The position numbers and the translations under genes were made by a program. Below are positions 1 to 8,018 of a DNA stretch of 26,894 nucleotides, piece by piece. Position 1 is the first letter of the stretch, and every line of letters begins with the position of its first letter. Under the pieces are notes generated by a model that searched no databases, was not told the origin of the DNA, and saw only the letters and a list, made by a program, of their open reading frames with translations. Source of the DNA: a virus (lineage: Duplodnaviria > Heunggongvirae > Uroviricota > Caudoviricetes). The DNA lies in the IMG/VR virus record IMGVR_UViG_3300035507_000297, positions 64,001 through 90,894 of that record; one strand, given 5' to 3'.

Positions 1-108
1 CTATTCGTTCCACAAGCAACATCTCATACACAAAGTAGCGGAAGAACTAGTAAGAGTGATGGTGGAAGTGGAGATGAAGATGTTACAACACCTTTAGCAC
101 AAAATTAA
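1..108 (+). CDS. 3' end of an upstream gene, probably the portal protein (partial)
   Basis: Frame 1 is open from base 1: LFVPQATSHTQSSGRTSKSDGGSGDEDVTTPLAQN*. The P..TSHTQS..GR low-complexity tail resembles SPbeta-like portal C-termini, and the position before the protease gene fits. Confidence 0.55.
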   Translation, partial: LFVPQATSHTQSSGRTSKSDGGSGDEDVTTPLAQN

Positions 109-306
109 GTGGGTGATAATTTGCAATTTTTATATGTAATAAAAGAAGATGATAGAAAAAAACTTTTAGAATTTGGATGCAAAGAACTTTTTAATTGTTA
201 TTTTAATAATGAGAAAGCCTATGCGTTTGAATATATAGATGTTACTTCAAAAGTAGATAAAAAAGATATAGAAAATATGTTGATTTTGAATGTAGCAAAT
301 TTTTAA
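109..306 (+). CDS. Small hypothetical protein between portal and protease genes
   Basis: 65-aa ORF abutting the upstream TAA. An alternative TTG start at 121 follows GGGTGA (111-116). It fills an otherwise empty gap. Confidence 0.6.
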   Translation: MGDNLQFLYVIKEDDRKKLLEFGCKELFNCYFNNEKAYAFEYIDVTSKVDKKDIENMLILNVANF

Positions 307-322
307 AGAAGGAGGGAAGTAT

Positions 323-1450
323 ATGAATTTTTCTGTTATACCTTGTGATGCAAGTGTGTATGAAGTTGACAATTCCAATTTAATGAAAGTTAAAATTACA
401 ATAATGCACGATGGAATTAATGACAATGGAAGTAGATTTGCATTAGAAGATATGAAACGAGTTGAAGATTCGGTTAAAAATATTCCAATACTAGGATATG
501 TTTTAAGAGATTCAAATGGTGAAATTGAAGATTTTGATAGCCATAACTTAGAGATAAGAACAAAACAATCGGATGAAGGATATGAAATTGAAACTTATTA
601 TTTAGAAAAGCCAATAGGTGTAATTCCAGAAAATTGCAATATTCGATATGAAAATATTGAAGGATTAAATTATTTAACGGTAGATGGCTATATATGGAAA
701 TGTTATAGTAATGCTGCTTATAAATTAATAGAAAATAATTTATTTAAGCAAGTTTCAATGGAGATTGATATTTTAGATGGTGAGTTTAATGAATCTGATA
801 ATGTTTATGACGTAAAAGATTATAGGTATTTAGGAGTTACGGTTTTAGGTAATCATTGTGAGGGTGCTATGGGTGAAAATTGTAAAATTGAAAGATATGC
901 CAAAGTAGATGATTACAAAGAGTTATTAGGCGACATATATAAAGAAATATGTATGATAGAAGAAAGAGAACATGAAAAGTCAGAAGTTTTCAAGGAAGTA
1001 TTTAATGAATTTAAAGAAGTATTTGATTTTATTGGAGAAGAAGAATTTACTTCAATAGAAGAAATGATTTGTTTCATTAAAGAAGAATTTATGAAAGTTA
1101 AATGTGAAATCGAAGATTACGCATGTAAACAAATAAATTTAGAAAATGAAAATAGAGAACTTAAATCATATAAGGAAGAAGTTGAATCTAAAAAAAGAAA
1201 AGAAGATGTTCAAGATATAATAGATAAATACGGATTAGAAATAGATGAAGAATTACTGAAAAAGGCACTTGATGCAGAAATAGATATTGTAGATTTTGAA
1301 AAAGAAATCAAAGTAATGTATGCAGATAAGATGTTAGAAAGTAATAAATTTTCTAAAGAAGTAGAAGATGAACACACTAAAATAAAAGTTGATTCAAAAT
1401 ATGAAAAAGTTGTATATGGTGGACTTTTTGAAAAACATGGAATAGAATAA
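323..1450 (+). CDS. Prohead protease/scaffold protein (YonD-like)
   Basis: RBS AGGAGGG. N-terminal ~190 aa (HDGINDNGS..F, KNIPILGYV, KPIGVIPE, VDGYIWKCY, KQVSMEI, YLGVTVLG) resemble the phage prohead-protease-like family. The C-terminal half is an acidic coiled coil typical of scaffolds. Confidence 0.72.
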   Translation: MNFSVIPCDASVYEVDNSNLMKVKITIMHDGINDNGSRFALEDMKRVEDSVKNIPILGYVLRDSNGEIEDFDSHNLEIRTKQSDEGYEIETYYLEKPIGVIPENCNIRYENIEGLNYLTVDGYIWKCYSNAAYKLIENNLFKQVSMEIDILDGEFNESDNVYDVKDYRYLGVTVLGNHCEGAMGENCKIERYAKVDDYKELLGDIYKEICMIEEREHEKSEVFKEVFNEFKEVFDFIGEEEFTSIEEMICFIKEEFMKVKCEIEDYACKQINLENENRELKSYKEEVESKKRKEDVQDIIDKYGLEIDEELLKKALDAEIDIVDFEKEIKVMYADKMLESNKFSKEVEDEHTKIKVDSKYEKVVYGGLFEKHGIE

Positions 1451-1473
1451 TTGAAAAATAAAAGGAGAAAAAT

Positions 1474-1923
1474 ATGAAGGCAATAATAAATTTAGATAAA
1501 GTAAAATATCCTGATGTTGTTAGTGCTAGAAATGGTGAAGATGTCTTAGAAAATGGAGCATTTGTGGCACTAAATGGATTAGTAATGAATAAGCTAGGAA
1601 GAGATTGTTACCAGATAGGTAAATTAAAAGAAGGATGTCAATTTGGATTTGTTGCTGATGTGGCATTAATGCACGATGAAACAAAGGATGAAAGAGATTT
1701 TGAACTTGTCGCAGAGGCTGTTACTAGGGTTTATAGACCAAAACAAGGACAATGTATAACGATAGCATTAAAGCATATAGATGGTGATGTGCAAAGAAAT
1801 GCTATATTAGGATTAAAAGAAGATTCTTATAAGCTACAAGTTGTTGAAGGTGCTGGTGTGGCTAGAGTATTAGAAAAATGCACTTTCGCAGGTCAAGAAT
1901 CTGTATATATAGAATTTTTATAA
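1474..1923 (+). CDS. Probable head decoration/stabilising protein (YonC-like)
   Basis: RBS AAGGAG, 149 aa, beta-rich (LENGAFVAL...RVYRPKQG), directly upstream of the major capsid gene. Confidence 0.55.
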   Translation: MKAIINLDKVKYPDVVSARNGEDVLENGAFVALNGLVMNKLGRDCYQIGKLKEGCQFGFVADVALMHDETKDERDFELVAEAVTRVYRPKQGQCITIALKHIDGDVQRNAILGLKEDSYKLQVVEGAGVARVLEKCTFAGQESVYIEFL

Positions 1924-1957
1924 AGGACTATTTTTATTAAATTAAAATAGTTCTTTT
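1922..1957 (+). terminator. 13-bp hairpin before the major capsid gene (weak terminator or 5' stabilising stem)
   Basis: AAAGGACTATTTT (1922-1934) pairs with AAAATAGTTCTTT (1944-1956), with one G-U pair and a 9-nt loop, followed by TATT. Confidence 0.5.
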
Positions 1958-1992
1958 ATTATGTAAAAAATTAAGAGATAGGAGAAAAAGAG

Positions 1993-2982
1993 ATGGCGTT
2001 AGCAAAATTAACTGATATACAAAAGATAGCAAGAGATTGTTATAGAGGCAACGTGGAAAAATATTCTAAAAATGCTGCAAATGAAGTATTAAGAGCAGAA
2101 ATAATAGAAAGAGTTGGCGGAGAATGGAATTATACTAATTTCCAAAAAAATAAATGGGATGTATATGCACTTATACAAGAGATAATAAGTGTTGATTTAG
2201 TAAACTTATCAGAAGATGTTTTTAAAGATTTCTGTAAAGTTAAAAGATATGACTTAGGTGATTTACCAGAATTTGTTGTGAAAAATAATGAATTATTCAA
2301 AGTTGCTGTAATTGCAGATGGTATAAACTCAACTAGAAGACAAAGAAAATTAGGGTCGAGAGTAAATACTACTTCTTTTAAATTAGCAATATCTACTTAT
2401 GAAGAATTAGATAGATTTATAGCTGGAAGAATAGATTGGGTGGATTATGTTGATACTGTTGTGGCATCACTTAACCATGAGATAGCAACTCAAATAAGTA
2501 ATACATTTGCACAAGCATATACTGATTTATCTACTAATTTAAAAACTTCTACTAATATAGATGGATTTGAAGATGAATTAAAAACAATGATAAATAAAGT
2601 TAAAGGTGCAACTGGAAAGCCAGTAGCAGTATATGGAACAGCAGAAGCGTTAGGTAGAATAACTGGAGTTGGAGCAGTTGCAGACTTAAATGATAGACGT
2701 GAACTTGGATACTTACAAATAATAAATGGTGTTAAAATGGTTGAATTACCTAACACTTATGATGCAAGTAATGATGAATGGGCGCTAAGAAATGATATAC
2801 TTTACGTTATACCATCTGGAGATGATATAATCCAACTTGGATATGAAGGTGGAGTTACAATATTAGAAGATACAGACGGGACTAAGCGTGACGACCAACA
2901 AATAGAATTAACATATATGCAAAAAGTACATTTATGCGTATTAGTTGCTGCTAAGTTTGGTGCGGTAGAATTAATAGACTAA
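1993..2982 (+). CDS. Major capsid protein (HK97-fold, YonB-like)
   Basis: RBS AGGAG, 329 aa. Motifs DVYALIQEII, LGDLPEF, FKVAVIADG..STRRQR and IDWVDYV. Located after the protease and decoration genes and followed by a strong terminator. Confidence 0.85.
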   Translation: MALAKLTDIQKIARDCYRGNVEKYSKNAANEVLRAEIIERVGGEWNYTNFQKNKWDVYALIQEIISVDLVNLSEDVFKDFCKVKRYDLGDLPEFVVKNNELFKVAVIADGINSTRRQRKLGSRVNTTSFKLAISTYEELDRFIAGRIDWVDYVDTVVASLNHEIATQISNTFAQAYTDLSTNLKTSTNIDGFEDELKTMINKVKGATGKPVAVYGTAEALGRITGVGAVADLNDRRELGYLQIINGVKMVELPNTYDASNDEWALRNDILYVIPSGDDIIQLGYEGGVTILEDTDGTKRDDQQIELTYMQKVHLCVLVAAKFGAVELID

Positions 2983-2995
2983 TTTTAAAGGTATG

Positions 2996-3028
2996 ATATA
3001 GGGATAAATTTTTATCCCTATATTTTTT
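2996..3028 (+). terminator. Rho-independent terminator after the capsid gene
   Basis: ATATAGGGATAAA / TTTATCCCTATAT perfect inverted repeat followed by a T-run. Confidence 0.8.
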
Positions 3029-3041
3029 AATGAGGTACAAA

Positions 3042-3668
3042 ATGGGTAAAAAAGTTGAAAAAAAAGTAGTAGAAAAAGTTAATCAAGATGAAATGATAGA
3101 AGAAATAGTTAATGAAACTGTTGAAGAGGTAAAAAGTGAGACTGTGAAGAAGAAAAAAACATATAGAGAACTTAGAAGTGAGCTTAGAAGTAAGAGAAAT
3201 GATATTGAAGTAGAAGTGTTAAACTTAAATTCATCAACGACTGTTTTTAGGGATAGGGATAAAAAAGTAATCTTAAAATTAGATAATGCTGGCGATAGAG
3301 AATTTGTGACACTTGCTGATATATATGATATTGCAAATAGGAATAAGGGTGCTTTTAAAAAGCATTTTATATGTATTTCAGATGTGGATAGTGATGAATA
3401 TAGTATAGAAGATATTTTAACGTATCTAAATTTAGATGAAATATATCAAGATGATGATATAGTTGATTATGATTGTGATTATATAGGTACAATTTTAAAA
3501 TTAGATGCAAATAAATTTGAAAGATTTACTGAAAATGCGAGTATGGAACTTGTAAGAAGAGTTGCAGAACGTGCGATAGATTTATATAAGAAGAAAAAGT
3601 TTGATTCGAGAATAAAAGAAAATGCGTTAATAAGTAGATTAGGTCGAGAAGATTTATTTGAAAATTAA
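3042..3668 (+). CDS. Conserved phage head-region protein (YonA-like), function unknown
   Basis: ATG 3042 follows GAGGT (3032-3036); the track's 3030 start lacks an RBS. Charged, helical sequence at the syntenic position after the capsid gene. Confidence 0.65.
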   Translation: MGKKVEKKVVEKVNQDEMIEEIVNETVEEVKSETVKKKKTYRELRSELRSKRNDIEVEVLNLNSSTTVFRDRDKKVILKLDNAGDREFVTLADIYDIANRNKGAFKKHFICISDVDSDEYSIEDILTYLNLDEIYQDDDIVDYDCDYIGTILKLDANKFERFTENASMELVRRVAERAIDLYKKKKFDSRIKENALISRLGREDLFEN

Positions 3669-3689
3669 ATGATAGTGATTTGGTGATGG

Positions 3690-4112
3690 ATGATGAATAC
3701 TTCGGTTAATGAAGTTTATAGAAAATTTTTAGGCATGATAGAAGATGAAGAATGGTTATTGATGGAAGAAGAAGTGATTTATGATTTAATGTTAAATTAT
3801 CTTGAAAATGCTACGGTTGAATTTAATCAATGTGAAAAAAATTTAAGTATAGATTATGAGAATATGTGTTTTTATGAAAAATTAAGTTTAGAAGAAATAA
3901 TGATACTAGCGTGGGGGATGGTTATACATTATTTACAACCTAAAATAAAGCGTGAAGAAAATTTAAGGCAATCAATTACCGATAAAGATTTTAGTAAATT
4001 ATCTAATGCTAATATGTTGGCGAAATTAATGGAATTAGAAGATAAAGCAAGAAGTCAGATGCAAAGTTATCAAAGTAGATATAGATTTAAAAATTTTAAT
4101 GGTTGGAATTAG
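3690..4112 (+). CDS. Head-tail connector/adaptor protein (YomZ-like)
   Basis: RBS GGTGA, 140 aa, helical (T..NEVY.KFL..I.D, EEIMILAWGM, F..LSNANML.KL). Synteny fits. Confidence 0.6.
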   Translation: MMNTSVNEVYRKFLGMIEDEEWLLMEEEVIYDLMLNYLENATVEFNQCEKNLSIDYENMCFYEKLSLEEIMILAWGMVIHYLQPKIKREENLRQSITDKDFSKLSNANMLAKLMELEDKARSQMQSYQSRYRFKNFNGWN

Positions 4113-5119
4113 CGACTATGGATATATTAAAGAATTATAAAAAAAGAGTGTTATTAGGAGAAAATAATGCTAAAGATAAATTAGAACTTCAAGCGAGAAG
4201 AAGTTTTGAAAAAATGCTAGAAGTTTCTCCAGCGGCTAAGAGAGTTAAAGCGACTAGACCTTTTCAAATAGATATAATTGGTAATGAGAGAGAAATTGAT
4301 TGTATTATCCAAAATATAACGGATAATGATATTAAAGCATTTGACCAAAAATACATTGAAGTTAGGTATGATGAAGATTTTGATATAGGGTGCTATATTG
4401 AATATGATGGAACATATTGGCTTGCAATATTTAGAGAACATAAAACACTTGAAACTAATAAAAAATTTACTTTAGCAAAATGCAACAATATATGGAGATA
4501 TAAATATAAAGGAAAATTATATGAATTTCCTATATATGCACAAAACTTATCTTTATATTCAGACGGATTAGCAGATAATCAATATACTTCACAAGAAGAT
4601 GGAAAAGTGTCTATATATGTAGGTGAGAATGCAATTACTAAAGGAATAGATATTAACACTAGGATAATTTTTGAAAATAGAAGTGTTTTTAGAATGACTA
4701 ATATTAATGATTATGAGTTTAAATCTAAACCTGATGGCTCATGTGCAATAAAAGCCATATTACTTCAAACTACACTTGTAAAAGGTGATGATGTTGTCAA
4801 TAATATTGCTTGGAATGAAAATTGCGAATTTGATTTATTAGATGCGGGGGAAAGTTGTGAAGTTGAAATTTTAGGTAAAGATAATGTTATGATAGGAAGT
4901 TATCAGACTTATGTATTGGCTAATTGTGATGAATTAGTTATGTGGGGATTAAACTGCGAACATAAATTAAAAAGTAAATTAAACGCAACATTTAATAAAA
5001 ATATTATGGAAATAGGATTTTTAGTTGGTGTTGAATTTGTAGGTCAAGAGGTAGAATTACAAGCGTATGTTGGAGTTGATTTAGTAGCAACTAAAAAAGT
5101 TACTTTAGTCGGATTGTAG
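4103..5119 (+). CDS. Head closure/neck protein with a C-terminal beta-rich extension
   Basis: 338 aa (TTG 4103, alternative ATG 4118). IGCYIEYDGTYWL and KCNNIWRY motifs are seen in head-closure-like proteins of this phage group. Synteny fits. Confidence 0.5.
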   Translation: MELATMDILKNYKKRVLLGENNAKDKLELQARRSFEKMLEVSPAAKRVKATRPFQIDIIGNEREIDCIIQNITDNDIKAFDQKYIEVRYDEDFDIGCYIEYDGTYWLAIFREHKTLETNKKFTLAKCNNIWRYKYKGKLYEFPIYAQNLSLYSDGLADNQYTSQEDGKVSIYVGENAITKGIDINTRIIFENRSVFRMTNINDYEFKSKPDGSCAIKAILLQTTLVKGDDVVNNIAWNENCEFDLLDAGESCEVEILGKDNVMIGSYQTYVLANCDELVMWGLNCEHKLKSKLNATFNKNIMEIGFLVGVEFVGQEVELQAYVGVDLVATKKVTLVGL

Positions 5120-5127
5120 GTGATGAT

Positions 5128-5640
5128 TTGGCGAAATTATATGGAATGGCAAACACTATTTTAGCAGAGGTAATAAATAGAATTATCAATGATAAAATTT
5201 TTAATAAATTTGTATATTACAAAGATGTTGACGATAAAGATATATTATCGTTAGATGATGTAGAAAATCCAGTTGAGAAACTTTATAACAATAATATTTG
5301 GTTACATAGAAGACCGAAGAAGATTTTACATGAAGAAGATGTAAATGTATTTTTAACACTAGAAGATATGAGAAGTCAGAATACTTCAAATAAAAATATA
5401 AAAACTATGAATTTTAAAGCAGGGATTTTGGTGCATGAAGATTGCTTATTAACGGCGAATGGTTCTAGGGATATTGTTCTTTTAGAAAGGTTAATGTTTT
5501 TAATTGAAAATGATAGTTTTTTTAAAAGTTTAGGTGAATGTAGAGTATATAAAGTTAATCATTTGTTTGGACTTGGTATTGAGTATTCAGGATTTGAAGT
5601 TTATTTTAGTATAGATGGAATTAGAGAAAGAGAAATATGA
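5128..5640 (+). CDS. Probable tail terminator/completion protein
   Basis: TTG start after AGGTGA, 170 aa. Size and position before the tail tube gene fit. Confidence 0.5.
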   Translation: MAKLYGMANTILAEVINRIINDKIFNKFVYYKDVDDKDILSLDDVENPVEKLYNNNIWLHRRPKKILHEEDVNVFLTLEDMRSQNTSNKNIKTMNFKAGILVHEDCLLTANGSRDIVLLERLMFLIENDSFFKSLGECRVYKVNHLFGLGIEYSGFEVYFSIDGIREREI

Positions 5641-6395
5641 TAGGATTTGAATATTACTATTTAATGGGTGTTGATATAGATTTAAGGGAATTTGGACTAG
5701 GAATTATATATCAACCTAAATTTAAAGATTTCATAGATAATAAGATTACTATTGAAGAATTTTATCTGCCATTTTTAGCAAATGAATTAATTATGAGTAG
5801 TGTTGAAGATAAAGAAAATGTTTTAAAGATTAAAGATGGATTTGGAGCATTGAGTTTTTTTTTAAAATTTTCAGCTAGGAAATTTGAGAATTTGGAAAAT
5901 TTTAAAAAAGCACTTGTTATGATGTATAAAAATAATGATGTTGTCATTAAAAAAGATAGTATCTGTATAGGTGATGTTATTATTAATAATGATAATTTTG
6001 ATATGCTTTGCGAGATTGTTATTGAAATGATGAAAGTTGATAAGACTAAAATTAAAGCAAATAGCAATAAAAGACCTATGACGAAATTAGAAAAGGAACT
6101 TGTAAGGCGAAGAAGAGAATATGAAAAGCGTATCAAGAAAAAAGAAAAGGGTATGACTATACTTGATATTGCAAATATTGTTTCTAATAGTTATACGTTT
6201 AAGTATGAAGATGTTTTAGGGATGACTATTTATCAAATTTTAAATTCTTATGAAATTTTAATGATTAGAGAATCACATGAAATTGAAATTTTATATAAGA
6301 TAAGTCCTAAATTTGAATATAAAAAAGATAGTAAGAATGAACATTGGACACAAAAAATTAGATTAGATAAAAGTACACTTAATCAAAATGATTAG
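5637..6395 (+). CDS. Conserved tail-region protein (YomV-like), function uncertain
   Basis: 252 aa with an ATGA overlap. GIIYQPKFKD and MTIYQ motifs resemble the protein preceding the tail tube in SPbeta-like phages. Confidence 0.55.
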   Translation: MIGFEYYYLMGVDIDLREFGLGIIYQPKFKDFIDNKITIEEFYLPFLANELIMSSVEDKENVLKIKDGFGALSFFLKFSARKFENLENFKKALVMMYKNNDVVIKKDSICIGDVIINNDNFDMLCEIVIEMMKVDKTKIKANSNKRPMTKLEKELVRRRREYEKRIKKKEKGMTILDIANIVSNSYTFKYEDVLGMTIYQILNSYEILMIRESHEIEILYKISPKFEYKKDSKNEHWTQKIRLDKSTLNQND

Positions 6396-6406
6396 GTGTT
6401 TTTTTT
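6375..6406 (+). terminator. Terminator overlapping the end of the 252-aa gene
   Basis: ACACTTAATC (6375-6384) / GATTAGGTGT (6390-6399), one G-U pair, followed by a long T-run. Confidence 0.7.
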
Positions 6407-6419
6407 ATTAAATTAACTA

Positions 6420-6446
6420 AATTGCTTAAATTCAGTTTAAGTGATT
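6420..6446 (+). other. Hairpin in the leader of the tail tube gene
   Basis: AATTGCTTAAA / TTTAAGTGATT with two G-U pairs and no U-tract, about 15 nt before the AGGAGG RBS. Confidence 0.45.
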
Positions 6447-6476
6447 AAAAAATCTTAAAGAAGGAGGAAAATATAA

Positions 6477-6977
6477 ATGAATTTTGCGTTAAAAGACTGT
6501 ATGGACTTAGAAATAAGAGAAATTGGCGGTGATAAAGTTATAAAAGTAGATTACTTAAATAGTGCGACTTTAAATATAACTGCTGATGTTACTTATGCAA
6601 AGAAAAAAGGAAGTAATGCGATAGCATTTAGTTCGCCAAAAAGTGGAACAATTACGTTTACTAGTGAAATAACAAATACTGAAATGTTAGCACTACAATT
6701 AGGTGGAGAAGTAGTTGATGGAAAAATAAAAGTAGGTGCGACTTCACCAACGACACACTATGAAATAGTAGGAAAATTCAATGTAGTGTATGAAAATGGA
6801 ACTCAAGGATTAAAAACTTTATTTTTCCCAAAAAGTAAACCACAAGTTGATGCAGAAATGACTTTTGATTCTGAAAATGTATCTACATTTGACTTAACTT
6901 TTGATTTACTTAATGAAAATAATGACTTTATGGAAATGAGTGACGTAGTAGAAGATTCAGATGATGATGAATTTTAG
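6477..6977 (+). CDS. Major tail (tube) protein, compact form
   Basis: Strong RBS AAGGAGGA, 166 aa. Pattern N..LKD..D...DYLNSATL...YAK..G...F...K.GTITF.SE...LA..LG...FP.K......F......FDLTFD matches SPbeta-type tail tube proteins. Flanked by hairpins. Confidence 0.72.
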   Translation: MNFALKDCMDLEIREIGGDKVIKVDYLNSATLNITADVTYAKKKGSNAIAFSSPKSGTITFTSEITNTEMLALQLGGEVVDGKIKVGATSPTTHYEIVGKFNVVYENGTQGLKTLFFPKSKPQVDAEMTFDSENVSTFDLTFDLLNENNDFMEMSDVVEDSDDDEF

Positions 6978-6996
6978 TAATTAATTAAATCTCTTA

Positions 6997-7022
6997 TCCC
7001 TATTGCGATAGGGGATTTATTT
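6997..7022 (+). terminator. Terminator after the tail tube gene
   Basis: TCCCTAT-TGCG-ATAGGGG stem-loop followed by ATTTATTT. Confidence 0.6.
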
Positions 7023-7077
7023 GTGTGTTTGAAAAATTTTTGAATGTAGAAATAGATTATTTGTAGGAGATATAAAA

Positions 7078-7527
7078 ATGAAGATTAGTGAACTTTTAAG
7101 AAAAGATATTAGGGCGAAAATTGAATTTGGAGAAGATGTCATAATTGTTAAAAATCCAGGAGGGCAATTTTTAAATAAGTTAAAAAAAATATTAAAAGAG
7201 AATTTAGAGAATGAAAAAAGCGAAGAAAGAAATAAGGAAATATTAGTTACATTAATAGAAAATCTGACAAATATAGAAATAGATGAAAATTTAGATGAAG
7301 TGCTTGAAAATCCTAGCCATGAATTGAGCGTAGTTGTATTTCATTTATGTAGTATAATACAAGAATTGACATTTGAAATAATAGCTGAATATCAATTAGG
7401 GAGTAGATTATTACAAAATACTATTTTAGAAAAAGAGACTTTGACTAGGATTTCTCAATTAGATGAATTGGCAAAAGAAATTGCAAAAAGAGAGTTAGCT
7501 GAAAATGGCGAAGAAAAAGAAAAGTAA
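7078..7527 (+). CDS. Probable tail assembly chaperone
   Basis: RBS TAGGAG, 149 aa, acidic and helical, between the tail tube and tape measure genes. Confidence 0.5.
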   Translation: MKISELLRKDIRAKIEFGEDVIIVKNPGGQFLNKLKKILKENLENEKSEERNKEILVTLIENLTNIEIDENLDEVLENPSHELSVVVFHLCSIIQELTFEIIAEYQLGSRLLQNTILEKETLTRISQLDELAKEIAKRELAENGEEKEK

Positions 7528-7960
7528 AGTATTTAAAAATGTAGAAAGTTTAAAAGATTATATATGTAGTGAATGTTATAGTGAAGTAATTCAAGAAATT
7601 AAGATGGACGGATTAAAGACTATGAAAGATGTTACGGATTTTCAAGTTAAAGGCTATACGGGTGATATACTTGAAAGTATTGATGTTGTGGAAGAAAGTG
7701 ATAATCATATAGTGTTTGCTTGGAAGGATAATGGTGGTTGGTACTCGATTTCTAGTAAAACTTATGGTAAGCACATGTATGCACCCTGGGCATTAGAGCA
7801 TGGAAAAGTGTGGGATATTTCAGGTGGTTCTACTCCAGATAATCCTATATATAAAAATGCGACAACACTTGAAAGTAGCAGTACGGAAATTATTGAAAAA
7901 GATTCAATAAATACTCTTAAACGAATTATGAAAAAAAATGGTTTTAAAATAAATAAATAA
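7505..7960 (+). CDS. HK97 gp10-like tail component
   Basis: 151 aa overlapping the previous gene. F.NVESLK.Y...YTG.ILESI...A..LEHG pattern resembles gp10-like proteins that precede the tape measure gene in this phage group. Confidence 0.45.
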   Translation: MAKKKKSKVFKNVESLKDYICSECYSEVIQEIKMDGLKTMKDVTDFQVKGYTGDILESIDVVEESDNHIVFAWKDNGGWYSISSKTYGKHMYAPWALEHGKVWDISGGSTPDNPIYKNATTLESSSTEIIEKDSINTLKRIMKKNGFKINK

Positions 7961-7965
7961 ATATC

Positions 7966-7994
7966 ACTACCCTTGCACAAAAGGGTAGTTTTTT
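7966..7994 (+). terminator. Terminator immediately upstream of the tape measure gene
   Basis: Perfect 9-bp stem ACTACCCTT / AAGGGTAGT, loop GCACAA, followed by TTTTT. Confidence 0.75.
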
Positions 7995-8018
7995 GTGCAA
8001 ATAAAAGGAGTTGGTGGT

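Noticed and set aside
5855-5867. T9 run with T TTT TTA and T TTA AAA slippery sites, or phase variation
   Set aside because: The -1 frame stops after a few codons, and such runs are expected at this AT content.
7490-7530. Programmed -1 frameshift joining the chaperone to the next ORF (lambda G/GT style)
   Set aside because: The next ORF is in the +1 frame, has its own ATG at 7505, and there is no X XXY YYZ heptamer near the stop. An earlier T TTA AAT near 7170 hits a stop immediately in the -1 frame.
7928-7995. Frameshift or stop read-through fusing the gp10-like ORF to the tape measure, stimulated by the pseudoknot
   Set aside because: The A AAA AAT slip at 7933-7939 leads to a stop within three codons. 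TAA read-through stays out of the tape measure frame, and that frame has a TAG at 7986.
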